A stretch of DNA of 64,000 bases from Eledone cirrhosa (Eukaryota), in NCBI GenBank assembly GCA_964016885.1, contig OZ024748.1:24180001-24244000 (forward strand), read 5' to 3'. Both the position numbers and the translations under genes were made by a program. The notes under the pieces were generated by a model. It did no database searches and was not told the origin of the DNA. It worked only from the letters and a program-made list of their open reading frames with translations. This document shows, one piece after another, positions 28,570 to 43,079 of the stretch. The first letter of the stretch is position 1. Each line of letters begins with the position of its first letter.

Positions 28570-29327
28570 GATGGCGGAGGTGGTGGTGGTGGTGGTGGTG
28601 GTGGTGGTGGTGGCGGTGGTGGTGGTGGTGGTGGTGGTGATGGTGATGGCGGTAGTGGTGGTGGTGGTGGCGGTGGTGACAGTGGTGCTGGTGGTGGTGG
28701 TGGTGGTGATCGTGGTGGTAGTGGTGGTGGTGATGGTGGTGGTGGTGGTGGTGGTGGTGGTGATGATGGTGATGGTGGTGGTGGTGGTGGTGGTGGTGGT
28801 GGTGGTGGCGGTGGTGACAGTGGTGCTGGTGGTGGTGGTGGTGATCGTGGTGGTAGTGGTGGTGGTGGTGGTGGTGGTGGTGGTGGTGGTGACAGTGGTG
28901 GTGGTGATGGCGGTAGTGGTGGTGGTGGCGGTGATGACAGTGGTGGTGGTGGCGGTGGTGACAGTGGTGGTGGTAGTGGTGGTGGTGGTGGTGGCAGTGG
29001 TGGTGGTGGTGGTGGTGGTGGTGATGGTGATCGTGGTGGTGGTGGTGGGTGGTGATCGTGGCGGTAGTGGTGGCAGTGGTGGTGGTGGTGGTGGCGACGG
29101 CGGTGATGGTGGTGGTGGTGGCGGTGATGGTGGTAGTGGTGGTGGTGATGGCGGTAATGGTAATGAGGGTAGTGGTAGTGGTGGTAGTGGTAGTGGTAGT
29201 GGTAGTGGTAGTGGTGGTAGTGGTAGTGGTAGTGGTGGTAGAATGGTGCACTGTAAGCTAGAATCTGTTTTATTTTCTTTCATCATAACTCCCTCCTCCA
29301 CTAGTCCCTATTCCTACCTCATCACGG

Positions 29328-29371
<44 letters not shown>

Positions 29372-29699
29372 GCTGCTGCTACTGCTGCTGCTGCCAGTGA
29401 AACAAGAAAAAGAACCATATCAGCGTTGCTGATAATAAATTCCCGCACTACCACCGCAACCACCACCATCTGCACATCCACCATCACCAGAACATCAACT
29501 CCAACGTCACCACCACCACCACCACCACCACCACCACCACCACCACCACCACCACTACCACCACCACCACCACGTTTTCATCATTATTCACAAAATATAT
29601 ATATATATAAAAAAGACAAATATACTTTTATCACTACCATCAGTACCATCACCTATACCACCACTACAACCACTACCACCACCAATACAATTACCACAG

Positions 29700-29731
<32 letters not shown>

Positions 29732-30430
29732 TGTACCGCCACCGTCAACCTTCACTATCATCTTCCCCACCACTACCACTATCAACATTATCATCATCAT
29801 CCTCTACCATAACATCATTACTATTACCACCCCAACCACCACCACCACCAACACCACCATCATCACAACTTTCCTAACTACCACCACCACCACCACCGGC
29901 ACTAAACAACCATCACTACCCACGCCGTCACTTCCACCATCACTACGCCCTCCATCACCACCATCACAAACATGATCACCATCACTACCACTATTACCAC
30001 CACCACCACCACCACCACCACCACCACCACCACCACAACTTTCCTCACTACAGCCATCATCACCATCGCTACCACTACCACCACCACCACCACCACAACT
30101 TTCCTCACTACCGCCATCATCACCATCGCTACCACTACCACCACCACCACCACCACCACCACCACCACCACAACTTTCCTCACTACCGCCATCATCACCA
30201 TCGCTACCACTACCACCAACACCACCAACACCACCAACACCACCAACACCACCAACACCACCACAACTTTCCCCATTACCTCCATCATCCCTATCACCAC
30301 CACCACCACCACCACTACCACTACCACAATCACCATCACCAGCATCACCACCAACATCACTATCCCCCTCCCCACTATCATCACCACCACCACCACCTTC
30401 ACCACCACCATCGTTATCATCACCATCGCC
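28570..30430. repeat. (GGT)n-rich tract (28570-29240) followed by (ACC)n-rich tracts (29325-30430)
   Basis: Directly visible trinucleotide low-complexity DNA with internal higher-order duplications. Confidence 0.9.
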
Positions 30431-31497
30431 ATAGTCTCACAGTGGTTATGACCAGAAGGGGTTGGTGATGTTGTAAAGTCCGTCTGTGCCAAAGTGAGCC
30501 GGTAAGGTCACGCTGACCTGCAATAACGCCCAGGTCAACTTGACACTACATATAGTGTGATTACATAAAACTAGTCCATTTATCGTGCTTTCTGTTGCAT
30601 GCATGTTTGCATGTGCAGCAATATTCGGATGGCGATGCAGTGGCGATGCGGCGATGCTAATGTTGGCAGAGGCGGCAACATCAAAGGGAATTGGTGAGTG
30701 CAAAATTACGGCGTGCACCTTGGCAATAATTTGAAAATGTGTTGCGCAGTAATCTAAATGTTTGTGTGTATGTGTGTGTGTGTGTGTAGATATGTGTGTG
30801 TATATGTGTGTGCATGTGTGTGCTTGTGTGTGTGTATCTGCATGTGTGCATCATGTCTGTGTGTTTAGGGTGGATGTAATTTATATGCGCGTCTTATTAT
30901 TAATTGTGTGTCTGTGTGTGTGTGTGTGTGTGTCAGTGTGTATGCATGGGTCTGTGTGAGTGTATGTGTGTGTATGACAGTGTGTGTTTCAGTGTGTATG
31001 CATGTGTGTGTGTGTCAGTGTATGTGTGTGTATGACTGTGTGTGTCAGTGTGTATGCATGTGTGTGTGTGAGAGTGTATGTGTGTGTATGACAGTGTGTG
31101 TATGACAGTGTGTATGCATGTGTGTGTGTGTCAGTGTATGTGTGTGTATGACTGTGTGTGTCAGTGTGTATGCATGTGTGTATGTGAGAGTGTATGTGTG
31201 TGTATGAGAGTGTGTATGTCAGTGTGTATGCATGTGTGTGTAACTGTGTAAGAGAAAGAACCAAAAATCTACCCAGATAAATGTTGCTACATTTACACAA
31301 ACATATGCACATGCACATATACACCACAAGAAAACGTGCGTGTGTATGTGTGTGTATTTACATATACACACATATAAACACATATAGAGAGAGAATATAA
31401 ATAGAGAGACAGAGAGAGCTGGGTTGAAGGTAAGTGATGATGATGATGATGATGATGATATATAGAAATAGATAGGTTGATAGATAGATAGATAGAC

Positions 31498-31574
<77 letters not shown>

Positions 31575-32117
31575 TATTTCTTTATTAGCCACAGGGGCAC
31601 AAAAGAAGGGGACAAATAGATAGATAGATAGATGTTTCAGAGAGAGAAAGAGAGAGCGGGACAGAGAGAGAATGGGAGAGAAAGAGAGAGAGAGGAGGGG
31701 GAGGAGAGAGTTTGATCGACTCGGATAGATTGTTAGATAGAAAAAGAGACAAGCTGTAGGGTTAGACAGAAGACTAACTACATCATTTGCTAGACAGATA
31801 AGAGACATCACTGTAGACATATAGATAGACAGATAGGCAGACAAATAGACGGGAAAATGGCTCCCGTCCCAAACGGCGCAGTGCGGTGCACTGGTCTACC
31901 TCAATATTACTAAGTACGCCATGAAAATATTTAAATAATATTTAATAAATTTACAAAACAAAAAAATAAAATTCCTGAAAGCCAATTTTTTTTTTTCATA
32001 ACTAAGCTTCTTATATTGAATAAAGAAATATTTAATGATTTTTTTTTTTTTCCCCCATCTTGTATAAATTATTTATATTTTTACGCTAAAATATATAAAT
32101 ATTTCGTTGTTGTTGCC

Positions 32118-32234
<117 letters not shown>

Positions 32235-32458
32235 CATAGTTTATGTTTGTGCACATGGTACAGCCAAATAATATGAATAATACGCCGCAAGTGAAAGGAA
32301 GTTGAACAATTACTGGCATAAAGCAGACGGTCAGATCGACACAGACGGATTGAGAGAAAAATGAAGACACACCAATATATATATATAGAGAGAGAGAGGT
32401 GGGGGGGGGGGGCTAGATGGATGGATAGAAAAAGAAAGAGATGGATAGATAGATAGAT

Positions 32459-32542
<84 letters not shown>

Positions 32543-32553
32543 CTACAGATAGT

Positions 32554-32585
<32 letters not shown>

Positions 32586-32714
32586 TAAACTGACAGACAG
32601 ACAGACAGACAGACTAAAGGGGAGACAAAGACATAGACGGATAGACAGACAAATAAATAGTCAGAGAGATTTCTTTATTAGATAGATAGATAGATAGAGA
32701 TAGAGAGAGAGAGA

Positions 32715-32758
<44 letters not shown>

Positions 32759-33675
32759 AAGAGAGAGAGAGAGAGCAAGAGAGAAATAGAGAGATACAGA
32801 TAGACAAGGAGACAGACAGACTGGCTGATAGAGAGAGAGATAGACAGGGAGACAGACAGACTGGCTGATAGACAGAGAGGTAGACAAGGAGACAGACTGA
32901 CTGGTTGATAGAGAGAGAGATAGACAGGGAGACAGACAGACTGGCTGATAGACAGAGAGGTAGACAAGGAGACAGACTGACTGGTTGATAGAGAGAGAGA
33001 TAGACAGACTGGCTGATAGACAGAGAGGTAGACAAGGAGATAGACGGACAGACAGACAGACAGACAAGGAGACAGACAGACAGACAAGAAGACAGACAGA
33101 CTGTCTGATAGACAGACAGACAGACAGACATGAAAAGAGAAAGATTGAGAGAGTGATAAACAAAAAGGCAAGAAATATTCAATTTCTGAACAACAGGGAC
33201 GAGGAAAGCCTACAACAGCAAGTACAACAACAGACTGTCTATACAGCAGATATGCAAGTGCAGTGCTGAACTGCAAGTGTTAGCTGCATCAGCATTCAGA
33301 GTGTAGATGGAAACTACGCAGTCAGCGTAGCTTAAGTGCAACAATGCATCTTGCTGCAACTGGCTGTTGGGAGTTGTTTAAATGTGTGGGGTGTTGACAG
33401 GGTCGAAATAATATTATTTTCCGCTAATTAGTTTCAACTATCAACGGTTTAAGTTCTAATCTTTGGCATGTAAGTTGATACTGGAGTGGCTATGGGGTAA
33501 ATAATGTTCACCCCGAAACCTTATGTCCTCCCAGGTTCAGGGTTCAGGGTTCGATCACAGTGTTCGGTGATTTGAACAAGTGTCCTTTGTTCATAGTCTT
33601 GAATCGACTTAATACCTTGGCAGTGGAATTTGGTTGACGGAAACAGTACAGAGGTAAACACACACAAACACACGT

Positions 33676-33736
<61 letters not shown>

Positions 33737-33746
33737 TACACACACA

Positions 33747-33824
<78 letters not shown>

Positions 33825-33837
33825 TACATACATACAT

Positions 33838-34332
33838 GCCAATATAATATCAAAGATTAGTGAAAAGGAGAATATTTATGCAGAACTGATGAGAAATCTG
33901 CAGATACTCCACCCTGATTACACCTTCAGATTTATGCCTGTGATTATTGGGGCACTGGGATATGTTAGTAACTGCCTCAATACAAATCTTGAGAAGCTAG
34001 GCTTCATAGGAACAGAAAGAACACAACTAGTTAGGAAATTACAAGTACAATCCATTAATGGAACAGTAAAAATATGTAAAACATTCCAAAAATTTTGCAT
34101 CTAATAACTGCATATACACATGTACAGATACAAAGCATATACACATGCACACATACAACTCAAAACATACACATCCACACATACAATAACATCCATATCT
34201 ACACATGCATGCATACATACATATCTACTTAGTTGATGTTGTGTAAATTCCAATGAGAGAGTCTTGTGTCTATGTTAGAAACCGACTCTCTCTCTATTGG
34301 TAAAACTTTGTGAAATTATAAAACCAGAAGAA
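33838..34332 (+). mobile_element. R4/Dong-like LINE family B, 3' fragment (RLE C-terminus plus 3' UTR)
   Basis: KENIYAELMRNLQILHPDYTFRFMPVIIGALGY...KICKTF is homologous to the C-terminus of the 15561-16487 ORF. 3' UTR hairpin GAGAGAGTC...GACTCTCTC. Flanked by (TACA)n. Confidence 0.85.
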
Positions 34333-34914
34333 CATACATACATACACACATACACGCAGACACAGACACACGACATACACACACACACAGATACATACTC
34401 ACGCTCGATATATACGCACACACTATTGATATCTTAAAACATGCTAACACCTCTGGGGCATGTATGTTTGTATGTATGTGTGTGTGTATGTATATATGTA
34501 TATATACATGTATGTGTGTATGTATGTATGTACGTATGCATGCATGTATGTGTGTTTATGTATGTATGTATGTGTGTATGTATGTATGCATGTATGTGTG
34601 CATGCATGTATGCATGTATGCATGTATGTGTGTATGTATGTGCGTGTGTATGTATGTATGTATGAATGTGTGTGTGTATGTATGTGTGTGTGTATGTAAG
34701 TGTGTATGTATGTATGCTTGCGTGTATGTATGTATGCATGTCTGTCTGTGTGTATGTATTTATGTATGTATGTTTGTATGCGTGTATTTATGTATGCATA
34801 TATGTATGTATGTGTGTGTACTTTTGTATGCATGTATGTATGTATCTATGCATGTATGTATGTATTTATGTATTTATGTATTTATGTTTTTATGTATGTA
34901 TTTATGTATGTATG

Positions 34915-34992
34915 TTTCTCTTTCTCTTAATTTCGAGTACATTTTTGACTGGCCACCTTCCTGGTGGCTAGGCTGAAAAGAAAAGAAATTGT
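34915..34992 (-). mobile_element. 3' UTR of R4/Dong-like family A (same as 15481-15560); a shorter stub is at 36216-36244
   Basis: TTTCTCTTAATTTCGAGTA...GGCCACCTTCCTGGTGGC...AAAAGAAAAGAAATTG is shared with 15481-15560. Confidence 0.8.
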
Positions 34993-35457
34993 ATATATAT
35001 ATATATGTATGTATGTATGTCAGGTCGCTCTTCATTAAGACATCTCTCTAGAAAGCCACTCTGATATAAAACCTGCGACTTTCTTTGCATCCAATGATGT
35101 AGACCAGTTCTACTTTTTGAGTAAATGCATTCGATGTTCAGAGAGTGGGATTGGCTCCCTACAAAGCCTTTCCGCATTTAAAAAAAACTTCAAGCACAGG
35201 CATCGCTTGATATGTACATTTTTGGCGATGCAATACATTGCTGGCTATAGGCAAGACCCTAGCAGGATGAAAAAGCCACATCTGTGATGCTTATGTTTAA
35301 GTATCAAGTGATGACATTACTCGAAATCGAGTCGCAGCCATCATCATGTATGTATATAAGTATGTGTGTGTGTGCATGTATTTATGTATGTATACATGTA
35401 TTTATGTATGTATATATGTATGTATGTATATATGTATGTATGCATGTATTTATGTAT

Positions 35458-35768
35458 GTTCTTCTGGTTTTATAATTTCACAAATTCTTTTCCCAATAGA
35501 GAGTCGGTTTCTAAGATAGACACAAGACTCTCTCATTGGAATTTATACAACATCAACTAGGTAGATATGTATGTATGCATGCATGTGTAGATATGGATGT
35601 TATTGTATGTGTGGATGTGTATGTTTTGAGTTGTATGTGTGCATGTGTATATGCTTCGTATCTGTACATGTGTATATGCAGTTATTAGATGAACATTTTT
35701 TGGAATGTTTTACATATTTTTACTGTTCCATTAATGGATTGTACTTGTAATTTCCTAACTAGTTGTGT
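35458..35768 (-). mobile_element. R4/Dong-like LINE family B, 3' fragment
   Basis: Reverse complement of 34020-34332 (TQLVRKLQVQSINGTVKICKTFQK). Embedded in (ATGT)n. Confidence 0.85.
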
Positions 35769-36317
35769 GTATGTATGTATGTATGTATGTATGTATGTAT
35801 GTATGTATGTATGTATGTATGTATGTATGTATGTATGTATGCATGTATGTATGTATATGTATGTGTGTATGAATGTATGTATGTATGTATGGTCACCAGT
35901 TGGTGCTACTGGTAACATGTATCCCAGTACAACCTGTCTCATGGTCGGGTCGTTGGCGACTAAACTGGCAACCCCACCAAGATTTCTTGGTGAGGAGGGT
36001 GACTTTGGACATCCTGGTACCATGGGCCCAGCACTATGTGTAGTGTTTGTACCAGAGTTTTCAAGTCGCTGGACTAAAAAGTCACACTCGTTCAGCGCAT
36101 CGGTAAGGATTCTGCTACATGGATATAAAGTAGTGGCCGTACTCGAAAACGAGTTGGCAGCCACCATGTATGTATGTATGTATGTAAGTATGTATGTATG
36201 TATGTGTGTATGTATGTTTCCCTTTCTCTTAATTTCGAGTACATGTATGTCTGTATATATTTATGTATTTATGTACCCGTAACTCTTGACACAGATTTGA
36301 ACACCGTCAATTTCTTC

Positions 36318-36625
36318 GAGAAAAGAAGAAAAAGTGATAGAGAGATGAAGTGAGAAAAGGAGAAAGAGGTGAGAAAAGAAGAAAGAGTGATAGAGAGATG
36401 AAGTGAGAAAAGGAGAAAGAGGTGAGAAAAGAAGAAAGAGTGATAGAGAGAGATGAAGTGAGAAAAGGAGAAAGAGGTGAGAAAAGAAGAAAGAGGGATA
36501 GAGAGATGAAGTGAGAAAAGGAGAAAGAGTGATAGAGAGATGAAGTGAGAAAAGGAGAAAGAGGTGAGAAAAGAAGAAAGAGTGATAGAGAGATGAAGTG
36601 AGAAAAGGAGATGAGGGGAGAAAGA
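36318..36625 (+). repeat. Purine-rich minisatellite (~52-bp unit)
   Basis: Repeats of GAGAAAAGAAGAAAGAGTGATAGAGAGATGAAGTGAGAAAAGGAGAAAGAGGT. Confidence 0.9.
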
Positions 36626-36639
36626 GTCAACCCGAGTAC

Positions 36640-36770
36640 TAGACTGGTTCTTTACTTATCCATCTCAGAAAGATGAAAGACAAAGTTGACCTCGGTGGAA
36701 TTTGAACCCAAAGTGCAGAGACCGGAACAAATACCACAAGGCAATCCACCCGGCGTTCTAACGATTCACT
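36640..36770 (-). mobile_element. Diverged Nin/Deu-core SINE
   Basis: ACTGGTTCTTTACTTATC...GATGAAAGACAAAGTTGACCTCGGTGGAATTTGAAC. Confidence 0.6.
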
Positions 36771-38004
36771 GCTTTAACTTTAAATTACGTTATTGTGAGA
36801 GATATGGTCACAGTTCATTTTATTAGGCGCTGCAATACCTAAACTATTTCTTGCCAGTGAATGAAACCCTGACCTCGTGTTTATGAGATGCATTGCCAGT
36901 GACTGAAACCCTGAGATACAAACTGATCGTACACATCTGCTTTTTTTTTGGGGGGGGGGGGCAGAGGGTAGTCAGATACGATATGTATTCCTCTGTTTGG
37001 ACGTAGAAGGCCGTATTGATTAAAAATTTCGCTTTCCAATCGCTGGGTCTCGGGTTCGATCTCACCGCATAGCATCTTGCGCAAGTGTCATTTACCTGCT
37101 TTGGGTTGAGCCCTACATTTTGAATGAAATTGTGTATTACGCCCGTCAGATCTGCTTTAAAACTGTAATTCAAAGGGTCAGTTTGTCAAACGTTGTGTCA
37201 CGCTGAATCTCTGACAATTACGTTATGGTTACACGTGTCTGTTTGAATATTGAGTGCTTTATGCGTTAATTCAATGAGAATGTTGTTCTGTTATTCTAAC
37301 AACTGGAATGGATCTCTGTCGAAACCGACGGAGATCCATTTTACTAATCCAAGCTACAGCAGCGTTTCTTTACATAACAAGCCGTAACAGCGAGAATCCA
37401 AGCTTGAAAGATTGAGCCTTGACAGTAGAAGGAACTAAAATAGTTGACCTATATTTTAGAAATGCCGCTAGTAAAGGAATAGTTGAAACATTGGTTGGCA
37501 GTAGCGTTTCGTTGGTCTATTGCTAGCTATAATGGGAATTACAGCTGCTATAACTGCTTCTATTTCTTTCTTTCTTCCTTTCTTTCTTTCTTTCTTTCTT
37601 ACTTCCTTTCTTTCTTTCTTTCTTTTTCTTTTTCGTTTTCTTTTTCTTTTTCTTTTTCTTTTTCTTTTTCTTTTTCTTTTTCTTTTTCTTTTTCTTTTTC
37701 TTTTTCTTGTCACCCAACAAACTGGCCCTGTGTCACTACGAATTACAGATTTATCTTGAAGCGAACATTGTCAAGGCAGTGTATGTATGTATATATGTAT
37801 GTATATATGTATGTATATATATATATGTGTGAATGTATGTATAAATGTATGTATGAATGTGTGTATATATGTATATGTATGTAAGTATGTATGTATTTAT
37901 GAATGTATGTATAAATGTATGTATGTATGTATATGTATGTATTCATGTATGTATTCATGTATGTATAAATGTATGCATGTATGTATATATATATATGTGT
38001 GTAC

Positions 38005-38071
<67 letters not shown>

Positions 38072-38339
38072 TACACACACACACACACACGGTCCTGGCA
38101 TTGATAAATATGCTGGCTCCGTCAACTCCTTCCTTATTATTATATATATATATATGTATATATACATGCAGTGACACGTGTAGCCGTATCATCAACATTA
38201 ATGACAGTTTTATTAATTATAGGGCAGGTTTATTTGTTGTTTTTCAAGAGAAAGGGCGAAGTTTTTTTTTTAGGGGGGGGGGGGTGTACATATTTTCCTC
38301 GTGTAATGTTTACAGCAAAATATATCTAACGTGGTTCAA

Positions 38340-39628
38340 CCCTCCACTCCAACCGTTGTTATACCTTTTACTCCAGCCTACATCCCTCCACTCCACCCTA
38401 CTTCCCTCAACTCAAACCTACATCCTTCCACTCCAGCCGACTTACCTCCATTCCACCCTAACTCCCTCCACTCCACCCTACATCCATCCACTCCACCCAA
38501 CTACATCCCTCCGCTCCAATCTACTTCCTTCCACTCCACCCTACATCCCTCCACCTCACCTTACTTCCCTACACTCCACCTTACTTCCCTCCACTCCAGC
38601 CTATATCCCTCCACTCCACACTACTTCCCTCTGCTCCACCTTACAGCCCTCCACTCCACTCTACATGCCTCCACTCCACCCTACTTCCCTCCACTCCACC
38701 CTACTTCCCTCCACTCCAGCCTACATCCCTACACTCCAGCCTACATCCTTCCACTCCACCTTACATCCCTCCACTCCACCCTACATCCCTCCACTCCACC
38801 CTACAACCCTCCACTCCACCCTACTTCCCTCCACTCCATCCTACTTCCCTCCACTCCAGCCTACATCCCTACACGCCACCCTACATCCCTCCACTCCACC
38901 ATAATTCCCTCCACTCCACCCTACATCCCTCTACTACAGCCTACGTCCCTCTACTCCAGCCTACATCCCTCCACTCCACCCTACATCCCTCCACTCCATC
39001 CTGCTTCCCTCCACTCCACCCTACTTGCCTCCACCCCAGCCTACATCCCTACACTCCACCCTACATCTTTCCACTCCACCATACTTCCCTCCACTCCACC
39101 CTACTTCCCTCCACTACAGCCTACATCCATACACTCCACCCTACATCCCTCCACGCCACCCTACTTCCCTCCACTCCACCCTACATCCCTCCACTCCACT
39201 CTACTTCCCTCACTCCACCCTACATCCCTCCACTCCACCCTACTTCCCTCACTCCACCCTACATCCCTCCACTCCACCCTACATCCCTCCACTCCAGCCT
39301 ACATCCCTCCACTCCAGCCTACTTCCCTCCACTCCACCCTACTTCCCCCCACTCCACCCTACTTCCCTCTACTACAGCCTACTTCCCTCCACTCCAGCCT
39401 ACTTCACTCCACTCCACCCTACTTCCCTCCACTCCACCCTACTTCCCCCCACTCCACCCTACTTCCCTCTACTACAGCCTACGTCCCTCTACTACACCCT
39501 ACTTCCCTCCACTACAGCCTACATCCCTCCACTCCAGCCTACTTCCCTCCACTCCACCCTACTTCCCTCCACTCCACCCTACTTCCCTCCACTCCATCTT
39601 TCATCCCTACACTCCAGTCTACAGCCCT
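38340..39628 (+). repeat. 20-bp C-rich minisatellite CCCTCCACTCCACCCTACWT
   Basis: Dozens of directly visible tandem copies. Source of spurious Pro/His/Ser-rich ORFs. Confidence 0.95.
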
Positions 39629-39915
39629 ACACATATATATATATATATATGTGTTTGTGTCTATATATATATGTGTGTTTATATATATATATATATATAT
39701 ATATAAACACACATATATATAAAGGGTGAGTGTAAGAAGTTACATAACTACCACCGACTGGTCATCATGATAATTTTGTTCACTGACTCGATCGTAAAAC
39801 AATGATTTACTTAACTATTGCACCTTATTTTTTCTTATTCTTTCATTGTTTAAAATTACAAATATGTATGTATATGTGTGTGTGTGGGTGTGGGGTGTGG
39901 GTGAGGGTGTGGGGG

Positions 39916-39975
<60 letters not shown>

Positions 39976-40145
39976 TGTGTGTGTGTGTACACACACACAT
40001 GCTTCAACCCCTTGCTCAAATGAAATGATTTCGTGTCTTCCTCTTCTTATTTCGTCTATCTTTCTATTGCTTCTGTTACCTCTGAAACGTTTAGAATATT
40101 TTCCTGTGTTGTTTATCTGTTTACTTTTCGCACCCATCCACCCAC

Positions 40146-40217
<72 letters not shown>

Positions 40218-40334
40218 TGTCGGGGTCCAGAATCTTTTCATATATATATATATGTGTGTGTGTGTGAGTGTATATATATATATATATATATATACTGTTT
40301 CGTCGACGAGTATTCTGGTTGTTCAACAAAACAC

Positions 40335-40735
40335 CCTGCTCGTGATATTTACATGTAAGTGACTGAGCATTCCACAGTCAAGTGTACGATTAATGTCATT
40401 CTGACATGATGAGTGACAAGGCTGACAATTTGAATTATAGGTACAGTCCATCTTGTATGATAGTGTAAGTGGCTGAGCATTTCACAGACACGAGTACACT
40501 TAATGTAATTCTCAATGAGGTTCCACCCGACACAGTGAGTGACAAAACTGGAACCCTTTGAATTACATGAGCAGCCCATCTGACGGGCTTCCAAACAGAT
40601 GCTGTCTACACAATTTAAAGGATCAAGCCAAAGCTTAAGGTAAATGACACTTGCTCGAGATGCCAAGCAGTGGGATCGAACCCGGGACCTCGTGATTACG
40701 AAACGATCCTTGTAGCCAGTCGGCTATGCTGCGTC
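40335..40735 (-). mobile_element. tRNA-derived SINE (second family) with internal duplication
   Basis: Minus-strand head GGACGCAGCATAGCCGACTGGCT...GGGTTCGATCCC. The body block GCTGAGCATT.CACAG.CA...GTGACAA.CTG..TTTGAATTA occurs twice. Confidence 0.65.
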
Positions 40736-41693
40736 CACAAAGGATTTAACAAACAAGAACATTCGAGGATACGTGTAGACTGACTGAGTGGCGGCAGTGG
40801 CGGCAGTGGTGAGAAGGGGGACAGGCACTCAGGCATACAGACAGACATAATGTGTATTTAACACGAACAAGATGAAGCTACCCTTTCAGACAATGTTTAT
40901 ATAACTGTGACCTTGAGTAAGACAATGTTATGACTGAAATGTCAGTAGAGGTATCGTGTGTAGGTGTGCGTGTGTGTGCGCGCGCGCGCGTGTGTGTGTG
41001 TGTGTGTGTGTGTACACATAGAAAACATACATATTGGCATCCATAAACACACTGATACACACACATAAATATATACAAACACACATCCAATATATATATA
41101 TGACGACCATCCTTGGTAAGAGGAGAGTTTCTTTGCTAAAACTTATCAAAAGATCTGTTACAAATATTTGCTTTGTAGTTATTTGGATAACTTGTATTGA
41201 GTCCTGAACATTGGATCAACTATATATATATATATATGTATATATATGTATATATATTGTGTGTGTCTGTCTGTGTATGAGTGTATGTATGTGCGTGTGT
41301 TTGTGAATGTATGTATATGAGCATGTGTTTATTTGTATGTATATATATATATGTGTGTGTGCGTGTGTGTGTGTATGTGTGCGCGCGCGTGTATGTGTGC
41401 GTGTGCGTGTGCGTGTGTGCGTGTGTGTGTTTATGTAGCAACATTCGTATATGTATGTATGTTTATACACAGAACAAAAGCACTACTTAAGGTTCCAAGG
41501 CCCAATATTGACCTTATCTCCAGTATATAAGACACATTCAATTTCTGACCCTCCTTCAGGCATTTATTATAAACTTGTATAAGAACCTGAAAAAAGGGTG
41601 ACAAATTATATGCCTCTTGTATTCTAGAGATATGGTCACATTTGGGTCTTGAAACCTAGGGTAGTGCTTTTGTTCCTTGTATGGCCAAAATAG

Positions 41694-41761
<68 letters not shown>

Positions 41762-41960
41762 TGACCAAAGATTAGTATGGTTCGTTGATTACTCAACTGC
41801 CAATACTGGAATTGAATAATCAAAACCGTAGTAGTATGTCGTATATCATATATTTTGTCTGATGAAAACATACTTAAACACCACACTACCTTTGAAATAC
41901 GTATAATAAAGTATATATTTTGATTAAGAGAATATTTTTCATTTGTTAACATTTTGAATA

Positions 41961-42007
<47 letters not shown>

Positions 42008-42029
42008 GTATAAAAATCAATACAATATA

Positions 42030-42107
42030 ATTACCTCATTACCAGAGGTTTCCCGAATGAGGCGAATACGAAAGAAACGTCTTCATTCGTTCGTCAGACG
42101 AGGCAAT
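42030..42107 (-). ncRNA. Type I hammerhead ribozyme with long stem I and extended stem II
   Basis: AUUGCCUCGU-CUGACGA-A-CGAAUGA-(22 nt)-UCAUUCG-G-GAAACC-UCU-GGUA|AUGAGGUAAU. Stem I is 10 bp, stem II 7 bp, stem III 3 bp. The GUA site cleaves between 42040 and 42039. There is an A-G mismatch at 10.1-11.1. Confidence 0.78.
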
Positions 42108-42364
42108 ATAAAACATGGCTAAATACTTGGAAAGTCTCATCAAGAAAAGCAAAAAAAAAATTAATTATATAAATATAGATAAAGGAATTACAATAGCCAT
42201 ATGAAATATATAAAAATCTTTCAAGAAATATAGTTAGGTGTGTGTATATGTATGTATATACGCTCACAGATGTACATATGTATGTATGTACAAATGTGTA
42301 CGTATAGTGAATAAGTGTGCGTAAATATATGTTAGGGCAAGTGTATCTGTGTATCTGTAACTGC

Positions 42365-42428
<64 letters not shown>

Positions 42429-42552
42429 GCAATTGTCCCCCGGTATTCTGGGGACAATGTATATATATATATATATATATATATACATACATATATATAC
42501 ATATATATATATATATATGTATATGCAATTGTCCCCCAGTATTCTGGGGACA

Positions 42553-42891
<339 letters not shown>

Positions 42892-43079
42892 AAAGCCAGA
42901 ATTAGGCACCATAATCTCGAACCATGGATCTTCTATATCACTGTTGTAATGGTTTTATCACGTCTCGAGGTCCATGATCTCGAGATATTGATCTATCGGA
43001 CGAGATTAACGTCACATAACAGTCGTACCTTCGTCTACAAGAAAACAAGAACCACCTGCCACGTTTTATTTCTCCACTA

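Noticed and set aside
34020-35768. ~310-bp inverted repeat as TIRs of a DNA transposon
   Set aside because: Both arms are 3' ends of the same LINE family in opposite orientation, not transposon TIRs.
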